The position numbers were made by a program, and so were the translations under genes. A stretch of 13,427 nt of DNA from Calditrichaceae bacterium (lineage in GTDB: Bacteria > Calditrichota > Calditrichia > Calditrichales > JBFXGD01): positions 1 to 13,427 of the forward strand of contig JBFXGD010000093.1 of the NCBI GenBank assembly GCA_050178385.1. The letters are read 5' to 3'. The notes under the pieces are model-generated. The model saw only the letters and a list, made by a program, of their open reading frames with translations, had not been told where the DNA came from and did no database searches. How positions within the stretch are numbered: position 1 is the first letter of the stretch; the number at the start of each line of letters is the position of its first letter. Shown piece after piece: positions 6,343-13,427 of this stretch.

Positions 6343-6451
6343 CTCCCTACTTTTTGAATGGCCAAAAAGTAGCAAAAAGCCCTGGCGAATTTTAACTCGT
6401 GATTATTATTTCTATCTTTCTAATTCTTCCACTCGAACAGAAAATTCGCCC
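6343..6451 (-). ncRNA. Putative structured element, copy 3 of 3
   Basis: Stems 6347-6372 and 6384-6393/6441-6450 are identical to copies 1 and 2. Seven substitutions versus copy 1, all inside the 24-nt loop. Confidence 0.5.
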
Positions 6452-6492
6452 CGAAGAATCTAAACGATCAATTTAAACTAACCGCATTATTA

Positions 6493-6644
6493 TCCAGGCA
6501 AGCAGAAGATCCCTCCGGGATGACGTGTCCGGTGCGTAGTGCTTTGTTAAGGGGGAAACAGCTTATTCTTACTCTTTTTTCTTTTATCTTTTATCTTTTT
6601 TCTTCCAATTCCTACTTCCTACTTCCTACTTCCTACTTATTCTT
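6493..6644. repeat. ~150-bp direct repeat, copy Y
   Basis: Near-identical to 6190-6340, offset by about 303 bp. Confidence 0.95.
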
Positions 6645-6694
6645 TCCCCACCTGTTCTTACTCTTTTTTCTTTTGTCTTTTTTCTTTTATCTTC

Positions 6695-6717
6695 GGGCGC
6701 GAGCATCGCGCCCCTAC
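6695..6717 (-). repeat. GTAG-family REP immediately after the SDR stop codon
   Basis: Minus strand GTAG-GGGCGCGA-TGC-TCGCGCCC (perfect 8-bp stem), 2 nt after the TAA. Confidence 0.85.
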
Positions 6718-6719
6718 TC

Positions 6720-7433
6720 TTACGCTTTATTATACACCGGAATACTCGCCCCGCTGATCTCTGAGGCGGCGTTTGACGACAAAAACAGGATGGCGTCCGC
6801 GATCGCTTCAGGGGTGGCCCAGTCTTTGAAATTGGCGTCGGGCATGGCCTTGCGGTTGGCGGGTGTATCGATGATGCTCGGAAGTATGGCGTTTGCGGTG
6901 ATATTTTGCGGCCGGCCCTCATCGGCGATGGTTTGGGTGAAATTGATCAGCGCGGCTTTTGACGCGGCATAGGCGGAATAATTCGCTGCCCCCTGCAATC
7001 CGGCGCGTGAACTGATGTTGATGATCCGCCCGCTTTTTTGCCGGACCATAACCGGCATGATGTTTTTACACGAAAGAAAGACCGTCTTCAGATTTAGATT
7101 CATCATTTTATCCCAGTCCGCTTCAGCGGTTTCCGTGACCGGAATACCTCCTGAAAATCCGCCAACGAGATTTACCACAATATCGATTCTCCCGAACGCG
7201 TTTATCATTGCCTCTACCATCGATTTTACACCCGCATCGGTCAGAACATCCGCCTTGATACCGGTCAGATTGCTTTTATCGCCGTTCATAGTGGTTTTGT
7301 AAGTCTCCCATTCTTTATCGATTATATACACCGCTCCGACTTTGGCTCCCGCCTTTAAAAATTCACGCGTGACGATACGGCCGAGACCGCCGGTCGCTCC
7401 GGTGATCAAAACAGTTTTATTTTTTAAGCTCAT
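6720..7433 (-). CDS. Classical short-chain dehydrogenase/reductase (SDR), NAD(P)-dependent
   Basis: TGATGGLG, DVL, NLVGG, ISS and catalytic YAASK. ATG at 7433 is preceded by AAAGGAG, a better start than 7478. Confidence 0.93.
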   Translation of the reverse strand: MSLKNKTVLITGATGGLGRIVTREFLKAGAKVGAVYIIDKEWETYKTTMNGDKSNLTGIKADVLTDAGVKSMVEAMINAFGRIDIVVNLVGGFSGGIPVTETAEADWDKMMNLNLKTVFLSCKNIMPVMVRQKSGRIINISSRAGLQGAANYSAYAASKAALINFTQTIADEGRPQNITANAILPSIIDTPANRKAMPDANFKDWATPEAIADAILFLSSNAASEISGASIPVYNKA

Positions 7434-7649
7434 AGCAGACTCCTTTGTGTGAGTGAAAGAACTTCCGGGGGATATCATCTCTTGTCCTGTTAACGGAATA
7501 TGAGATGTTGTATTTGGATAGAACCAAAATTTACCCCTTATTCATTCCGGGATAAATTTGTTTTTATGGCGTCTGGCCACTTTACGGCGGCGTTTTAAAA
7601 ATAAGACGGGGTTGTTCGCAATATACAAGAAACGGAAGAAACAGGCCAA

Positions 7650-7973
7650 TTAGTGGGAGTGTTCTTCAAGCGTTTTTTTAATCCGTTCCCGTGATTCGTC
7701 ATTCAGCGCCACATCCGGCAGATTCTCTTCCTTTTCCAGTTCGATTGAATACTGATGAATCATGTCATGCATCGCTCTTAGCTGCCGGAGATAACGCTCG
7801 CATAAATCACAGGTCAGAATATGTATCCTGATCATGATCCGGTCATACAGTGAAATACGCCTGTCCATAGATTCCGACATTTTCATCGTGATCACATCAC
7901 AGGCCGGCATCACCCTGGACATAAAAAACATAATGATTGCCATGAGGCCGTTCAGTATCTTTTTGATCATCAT
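7650..7973 (-). CDS. Zinc-binding anti-sigma factor (zf-HC2/ZAS domain)
   Basis: C...HILTCDLC (HxxxCxxC) motif, ATGA overlap with the upstream ECF sigma gene, and no C-terminal transmembrane or periplasmic sensor domain. Confidence 0.88.
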   Translation of the reverse strand: MMIKKILNGLMAIIMFFMSRVMPACDVITMKMSESMDRRISLYDRIMIRIHILTCDLCERYLRQLRAMHDMIHQYSIELEKEENLPDVALNDESRERIKKTLEEHSH

Positions 7974-8578
7974 TTATCCTTTTTTGTTTTTTTTTCAAAC
8001 CAATTGAATTCAAGACAATGCCTCAACTGGGCGCGGGCCCTGTGAAGTAAAACCCATAAATTAGACGAGGTGATTTTTAATTCCTTACAAATGTCATCCG
8101 AGTTGATCTCATCGATTTCCCGCATGGAAAACACTGCCGCCATCTTCGCCGGGAGCAGGGAGATGCATTCTCGCAAAATACGCATAAATTCTTTTTGGCT
8201 GATGGCATCTTCGGGGTGTTCCCCCCAATCGGACGGTCCCCTTTCTTTATTCCAGTGGCCTCTCAGGATGCCGCCGGTTTTAAAATCGTCTGCGGGATCA
8301 AATCCTTCTGCTTCTGTTACTTCATGCTCTTTCCGGCGGCTGCTCTTTCGGTACTGATCGATGATTTTGTGTTTCAGAATGCTGATGAACCATGTGCGTT
8401 CCGAACTTTTTCCGTCAAAATTTGATTGAGATTTTAGCGCGGCAAGAAAGGTTTCCTGAACCAGGTCTTCGGCGAGAGTCCTGTCGTTCACACGGGCATA
8501 GGCGAAACGAAAAAGAAAATCACCATACAGATCGACCCAATTCTTCGGATCAAATGTCTTGATTTTTTTTGAAGCCAA
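7970..8578 (-). CDS. ECF sigma-70 family RNA polymerase sigma factor (TIGR02943-like)
   Basis: Region 2 AEDLVQETFLAA...SSERTWFISILKHKIID and region 4 ICKELKITSSNLWVLLHRARAQLRHCLE..WF. TTG start preceded by GGAGA. Confidence 0.95.
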   Translation of the reverse strand: MASKKIKTFDPKNWVDLYGDFLFRFAYARVNDRTLAEDLVQETFLAALKSQSNFDGKSSERTWFISILKHKIIDQYRKSSRRKEHEVTEAEGFDPADDFKTGGILRGHWNKERGPSDWGEHPEDAISQKEFMRILRECISLLPAKMAAVFSMREIDEINSDDICKELKITSSNLWVLLHRARAQLRHCLEFNWFEKKTKKDK

Positions 8579-8692
8579 TGACAGTCTCCGTTTTATTAAA
8601 GATGATAACGGGAGCCGGTTAAAAAAATAGGCAATTTAAAAATGGCACGCAATTTAAAAATTTTAAATCGCCTGTCGGAGACGCCGGTGTAT

Positions 8693-8720
8693 TGTAAGGA
8701 TTGAAGAATGAATTCGACTA
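8693..8720 (+). promoter_or_regulatory. Candidate ECF-type promoter TGTAAG-N16-CGACTA for the 8753 operon
   Basis: Bipartite motif with ECF-like spacing ending 32 nt upstream of the ATG, analogous to GTAAC-N16-CGAA type ECF promoters. Single instance only. Confidence 0.45.
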
Positions 8721-8752
8721 TACAGACAGCCAATTAATAAAGCGAATTTTAT

Positions 8753-9733
8753 ATGCGTAATTTGACAGGTATCATCATGATCCTGCTTTTTCTTACCGCG
8801 GGTAACATTTTTGGACAGGCCTGCTGTTCAGCCGGCACGCCGCTCCTGAGCGCTCTGGAAATATCCGCCACACCGGATCGCGCCTGGCAGTTCGCGCTTA
8901 CCTATGAATATAATTTTCTGCAGGACGTGGTGGCGGGAACCGATCAACTTGATGACGGCGCGAGAGAACGGTTGAGTCAGTCATTGTTAACAGAAACCTC
9001 ATATGGATTTAACCGTTTTTTCTCTGTTAGTCTGCTGCTCTCTTTTATCCAACAGGAACGAAAACTCAGCACTGCCAACTATGAAAATTCTGATGAGAAA
9101 CTGACCACCCGGGGATTCGGTGACGCGGTTGTTCTGCTAAAATACAATCTGCTCCCCCTCACCATCGCTTCATCCCGCCAGGTTTCCGTGGGGGGCGGAG
9201 TCAAACTGCCTACCGGTGAATCCGGTCTTAGGAGTAACGGAATACTCCTTCCCGCGGATATGCAGCCCGGAACAGGCGCCTGGGATGGAATTCTGTGGGG
9301 ATACGTTTTCCAGGGACTGACCAATGATTCGCGCTATAACCTGTTCGCGAACGCCACCTACCGGTTTACAGGCACCAATGACCGCTTTCAGGTTGAAAAT
9401 TCATCCATCAAAGGTTATAAATTTGGCAATGAGTTTGTAATGACAATCGGGATGGCGTACCGTACCCGTTCCCTGCTCGATTTTTCCGTTCTTGCCCGAT
9501 ACCGTCATCTTGTACCGGACCGTTTTTCCGGATCTGATATCACTAATACCGGCGGTGAGTGGCTATATCTTGTGCCCGGAATTAATTTAAATATTAACAA
9601 ACTGAGCATCCGCCTGTCCGGACAGCTTCCCGCTTACCGGAATCTGAATGGTATCCAGCTAACCACTTCCTACACGGCATCCCTATCCCTGTTTTATATT
9701 TTACAGTCAAACAGAAAAGGAGGATCCGAATGA
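8753..9733 (+). CDS. Outer-membrane beta-barrel channel, COG4313/MetA-phenol-degradation-like 'transporter' family
   Basis: Sec signal peptide ending IFG-Q, mature N-terminus QACCSAG, family-like GFGD, GVKLPTG and MQPGTGAWD motifs, amphipathic beta-strands with a terminal aromatic strand. Confidence 0.75.
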   Translation: MRNLTGIIMILLFLTAGNIFGQACCSAGTPLLSALEISATPDRAWQFALTYEYNFLQDVVAGTDQLDDGARERLSQSLLTETSYGFNRFFSVSLLLSFIQQERKLSTANYENSDEKLTTRGFGDAVVLLKYNLLPLTIASSRQVSVGGGVKLPTGESGLRSNGILLPADMQPGTGAWDGILWGYVFQGLTNDSRYNLFANATYRFTGTNDRFQVENSSIKGYKFGNEFVMTIGMAYRTRSLLDFSVLARYRHLVPDRFSGSDITNTGGEWLYLVPGINLNINKLSIRLSGQLPAYRNLNGIQLTTSYTASLSLFYILQSNRKGGSE

Positions 9734-10827
9734 GGATCTTCAATATATATCACAATTCGCTAAGAATATTATTGGCAGGATTTCTTTTGCTTTCCTGTGA
9801 AAATGTAGCCGATTCAGGCTCATCGCAAACCCGGCAGACCGGTGACTGGCTCATTCCCTCAGGGGAGGTTTTTGACGGCGGCCCCGGAAAGGATGGTATT
9901 CCCGCCCTGACAACACCACCGGTCGTGGCGCTGGATCAGATATCGTATCTTTCAGATGATGACCTGGTGCTTCTTTACCAAACGGGGGATGAAGTACGCG
10001 CGTATCCGCATCCGATTCTCGACTGGCATGAGATCATTAATGATGACATTGAAGGGACAAAATTTTCGGTTTCATACTGTCCGCTGACCGGTTCGGGAAT
10101 CGGCCTCAGCCGTGAGATAAAGGTCAACAACGCGGCACAGGAAACCACATTTGGCGTTTCGGGATTGCTTTACAATACAAATCTGATCATGTATGACCGG
10201 CTGACAGACAGTTACTGGTCACAAATGAAATTTCAAAGCGTTCACGGCGAATTGATCGGTCAGGAGCCGGATTTTATTCTTTTAATTGAGACAACCTTCG
10301 GAACTCTGAAGAAGTTATACCCTGACGCGGAGGTGGTATCGAATTCGACCGGTGTTTACAGCACAAGTCAGTACGGACGATATCCCTATGGTGACTACAA
10401 ATCAAACGACGACCGGCTGCTTTTTCCCATTTCACCCGATGATAACCGGCTTCCGAGGAAAGAACGGGTATTCGGGATTATCGGAGAAACGGAAAGACGC
10501 GTGTATCAGTTTAAACACTTTTCAAACGGCATTCAGGTGATCAGCGATGAATTGGATGGAAAGTCCCTGGTCATCGCGGGCAATGATGATCTGAACTTTA
10601 TAACAGCCTATTTAGCAGAAACCAATGACGGCACAAAACTGACATTCACGGCGCGTTTGGATGACCTGCCAAACATCATGGAAGACAATAACGGAAATGT
10701 GTATGATATATTTGGCCGCGTGGTGGCAGGCCCCGATCAGGGGAGACAACTCCGCGCTCCGGAATCATATATCGCGTTCTGGTTCGCCTGGGGCGCGTTT
10801 TATCCGGGAATTGATATTTATGAATGA
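9730..10827 (+). CDS. DUF3179 domain lipoprotein
   Basis: Lipobox LLLS-C, plus GGPGKDGIPAL, RAYP..IL.WHEIIND, YCPLTGSG, FGVSGLLYN.NL.MYDR.T.S.WSQ and FWFAW..FYP. ATGA overlap with the upstream gene. Confidence 0.9.
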   Translation: MRIFNIYHNSLRILLAGFLLLSCENVADSGSSQTRQTGDWLIPSGEVFDGGPGKDGIPALTTPPVVALDQISYLSDDDLVLLYQTGDEVRAYPHPILDWHEIINDDIEGTKFSVSYCPLTGSGIGLSREIKVNNAAQETTFGVSGLLYNTNLIMYDRLTDSYWSQMKFQSVHGELIGQEPDFILLIETTFGTLKKLYPDAEVVSNSTGVYSTSQYGRYPYGDYKSNDDRLLFPISPDDNRLPRKERVFGIIGETERRVYQFKHFSNGIQVISDELDGKSLVIAGNDDLNFITAYLAETNDGTKLTFTARLDDLPNIMEDNNGNVYDIFGRVVAGPDQGRQLRAPESYIAFWFAWGAFYPGIDIYE

Positions 10828-10828
10828 T

Positions 10829-11209
10829 TTACCGCATCATTTTAATTATATAATACAGAATCACCGCCCCCGCGGCGAATGATGTTGTGTCCAAAACCCG
10901 GTCCCAAAACATGCGGATTCTCAGATCCTGATTAAAAAACTGTTCGATTTCCCGGATACCGCCGGCAAGCAGTCCCATCAGCGCCGCGCCGGGATATGAA
11001 CCGATCAGGACCACGGGAAGCAGCAGCAATGCTCCGTATAACGCGTGAAGACCCTGATCAATTAAATTGGCCAGGCCCTTTCGACGGGGACGCCATGGAC
11101 GTTTCTTGGCAGCGGCATTCAGAATACGGTGATATTCAGGCGGATCACAATCATTGAGAATCTCAATAACCGCCTGTAATTTTTGGTCTTGATTCTTTTT
11201 TCTCATCAT
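10829..11209 (-). CDS. Small integral membrane hypothetical protein (VanZ/DUF2238-like D-x3-H...E-x2-Q...D pattern)
   Basis: Basic N-terminus, about three hydrophobic segments, DQGLH, REIEQ and DRVLD. GGGGG precedes the ATG. Confidence 0.6.
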   Translation of the reverse strand: MMRKKNQDQKLQAVIEILNDCDPPEYHRILNAAAKKRPWRPRRKGLANLIDQGLHALYGALLLLPVVLIGSYPGAALMGLLAGGIREIEQFFNQDLRIRMFWDRVLDTTSFAAGAVILYYIIKMMR

Positions 11210-11308
11210 CCCCCCAAAAGAATTAAGAGAAAAGAGTATATGCCAAAATCCGGTTGTCCTGCCGGGCTTTTTTACATATACCCTTTGTTTATCGCGGACC
11301 CGGATGCC

Positions 11309-13427
11309 CTATAAATGGGTTCCGGAAAATTGTAACAGAAAGGCGTATTGAAAAGCGACTTCTTTGTAGCGCTGGTATCTGCCCGAAACACCTCCGTGTC
11401 CCGCTTCCATCTCTGTTTTCAACAACAGCAGGTTCTGATTAGTCTTCATGGCCCGCAGTTTTGCCACCCATTTGGCCGGTTCCCAATACTGTACCTGTGA
11501 ATCATGAAGACTGGTGAGCACCAGAATATTTGGATATGCTATTTTTTCAACATTATCATACGGTGAATAGGATCGGATATAATCATAATAGATTTTATCG
11601 TTGGGATTACCCCATTCATCGTATTCGCTTGTCGTAAGAGGAATGCTTTCGTCGAGCATTGTGGTTACCACATCCACAAACGGTACCGCCGCGATCACGC
11701 CTTTATACAAATCAGGCCGCATATTTATGATCGCGCCCATTAACAGACCGCCGGCGCTGCCACCCTGCGCGAATAAATTTTGCGGACTGGTATATTTTTC
11801 CTTTATCAGATAATCGGCGCAGGCGTTAAAATCGGTGAATGTGTTTTTCTTTTTCAGCAGTTTCCCGTCTTCATACCACTGGCGCCCCAGTTCCTGACCG
11901 CCGCGTACATGAGCAATGGCGTAAATGAAGCCACGGTCCAGCAAGCTGATCCGGTATGGACTGAAATAGGCATCCATGCTGTAGCCATAGGAACCGTATC
12001 CATAGAGAAGCAGCGGATTGCCGCCATCCTTTTTTATTCCTTTGGCATAAACAATAGAGACAGGAATCTCTGTTCCGTCTTCCGCGGTAGCGTACAACCG
12101 CTCGGTCTGATAGTTGGATGAACAGAAACCTCCCAGAACTTCTTCCTGTTTGAGTAATGTCTTCTCCCGGGTAGCCATATCATAGTCATAGACAGTCTTT
12201 GGTGTGGTCATTGAGGTATATATAAAGCGAAGATCGGATGTATCCATATTATGATTATCACCCGGCATGACATAATACGCCGGTTCTTCGAACTCAATAT
12301 AATGTTCATTTTCCCCGTTCCAGGGACGGATCCGAAGCTGCAGCAAACCTTTTTTGCGTTCTGAAACAACCAGGTAATCTTTAAATATTTCGATATCCTG
12401 TATCAGGACGTCCGGTCTGTGCGGTATTACCTCCTGCCAGTATTTCTTACCGGTATTGTTCACGGGCGTCTTCATCAGCCGGAAGTTTTTTGCCTGATCG
12501 TTTGTAATGATGTAAAAATACTCGCCGAAGTGATCGACCGCATACTCATGATCTCTTTGTCGGGATTCGATGACTTTGAACGCGCCATCCGGGTTATCCG
12601 CGTCCAGGAAACGGTATTCGGTGCTCAATGTCTGATCGGATGAAATCATGATATATTTTGCGGATTTCGTTTTAAAAACCGAGCAACTGAATGTGTCATC
12701 TTTTTCTTCATAAACCAGTTGGTCATCGGCGGCGTCAGTTCCAAGAACGTGTCTGTAGATTTGGTACCATCTTAAGGTAAACAGATCCTGTTTTGTGTAA
12801 AACAATGTTTTGTTGTCATTTGCCCAGGCCACATTGCTGGTAACAGAAGGAATCATGTCGTCTAAGAATTCGCCTGTCAGTAAGTTTTTAAAACGTATGG
12901 TATAAATACGTCTTCCCATAGTGTCTTCCGTAAAGGCAAGCAGATTCTGATCTTGGCTTACCGCGTACTGCCCTACTGAAAGAAATCCTTTCCCCTCCGC
13001 CATCACATTCAAATCCAGCATAATTTCTTCCGCGGCGCCCGGTGAATCCTTTTTTCGGCAGTACAGAGGATATTCCCTGCCTTCTTCGACACGTGAATAA
13101 TATAGATAGTCTCCCTTTTTATAGGGCACGGAGATATCCGTCTGCTTGATGCGGTTTTTAAATTCTTCGAACAATGTTTCCTGAAGCGGCAGAGACGACA
13201 CCATCACTGAATCCGTGTAGGCATTCTCGGCATTCAGATAATCGATAACTTTGGGATTTTCACGGTCATTTAACCAATAATAATTATCATAACGTATGTC
13301 CCCGTGTTTTTCGAGCTTCTCGGGAATGATTTGCGCTGACGGCGGATGAATATTTTGCCCGGTTAAATTTTGAACTAAAAGCGCCGCCAGGAAAGTCGTC
13401 AGCAGGAATAATCGTTTTGATACAAAC
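11309..13427 (-). CDS. ptrB: Oligopeptidase B (peptidase S9A), 5'-truncated by the window edge, with signal peptide
   Basis: GGSAGG (Ser), HDSQV (Asp), AGHGG (His), YGYGSYG and EWGNP. The frame stays open beyond the track start at 13207 through HGDIRYDNYYWLNDRENPKVIDYLNAENAYT to FVSKRLFLLTTFLAALLVQ at 13426. Confidence 0.96.
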   Translation of the reverse strand, partial: FVSKRLFLLTTFLAALLVQNLTGQNIHPPSAQIIPEKLEKHGDIRYDNYYWLNDRENPKVIDYLNAENAYTDSVMVSSLPLQETLFEEFKNRIKQTDISVPYKKGDYLYYSRVEEGREYPLYCRKKDSPGAAEEIMLDLNVMAEGKGFLSVGQYAVSQDQNLLAFTEDTMGRRIYTIRFKNLLTGEFLDDMIPSVTSNVAWANDNKTLFYTKQDLFTLRWYQIYRHVLGTDAADDQLVYEEKDDTFSCSVFKTKSAKYIMISSDQTLSTEYRFLDADNPDGAFKVIESRQRDHEYAVDHFGEYFYIITNDQAKNFRLMKTPVNNTGKKYWQEVIPHRPDVLIQDIEIFKDYLVVSERKKGLLQLRIRPWNGENEHYIEFEEPAYYVMPGDNHNMDTSDLRFIYTSMTTPKTVYDYDMATREKTLLKQEEVLGGFCSSNYQTERLYATAEDGTEIPVSIVYAKGIKKDGGNPLLLYGYGSYGYSMDAYFSPYRISLLDRGFIYAIAHVRGGQELGRQWYEDGKLLKKKNTFTDFNACADYLIKEKYTSPQNLFAQGGSAGGLLMGAIINMRPDLYKGVIAAVPFVDVVTTMLDESIPLTTSEYDEWGNPNDKIYYDYIRSYSPYDNVEKIAYPNILVLTSLHDSQVQYWEPAKWVAKLRAMKTNQNLLLLKTEMEAGHGGVSGRYQRYKEVAFQYAFLLQFSGTHL

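Noticed and set aside
5967..6972. ORFs 5967-6155, 5992-6357, 6520-6972 and 6626-6922
   Set aside because: Repeat-derived low-complexity translations, or antisense/alternate-frame shadows of the SDR gene.
9730..10827. Selenoprotein recoding in DUF3179
   Set aside because: No in-frame internal TGA. The terminal TGA follows the normal family C-terminus, so this is a cysteine homologue.
11243..11272. Intrinsic terminator after ptrB (AAAATCCGG...CCGGGCTTTTT)
   Set aside because: The GC stem is short and imperfect with an 8-nt loop. Too weak to call.
223..12643. Remaining short ORFs antisense to or nested in the main genes (e.g. 223-450, 1932-2144, 7015-7302, 8070-8357, 9079-9324, 11601-11813, 11780-12121, 12419-12643)
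   Set aside because: They overlap well-supported CDSs, with no recognisable motifs or RBS.

Overview
Bacterial chromosomal window, probably from a Gram-negative FCB-group organism (Calditrichota/Bacteroidota-like; inferred from gene style only). The right half (6720-13427) is ordinary host genes: an SDR oxidoreductase, an ECF sigma factor with a zinc-finger (zf-HC2) anti-sigma, a divergent outer-membrane channel + DUF3179 lipoprotein operon, a small membrane protein, and an oligopeptidase B with a signal peptide that runs off the window edge. The left edge has a HemK-like SAM methyltransferase. Between them (728-6719) is an accessory patch. Its core is an AT-rich type II restriction-modification pair (TdeIII/MjaII-family endonuclease plus an HTH-fused, SPPY-type DNA methyltransferase). 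Around it is a dense modular mosaic of non-coding elements: three copies of a ~109-nt structured element whose variation is confined to a loop, four GTAG-type REPs, heptamer microsatellites, two cloverleaf REPIN-like units, and C-terminal gene remnants. Two same-orientation arrays with a 20/21-bp period (about two helical turns, non-coding) bracket a frameshifted gene remnant that the ORF track misses. No transposase, integrase, cas gene, tRNA or rRNA was recognised.
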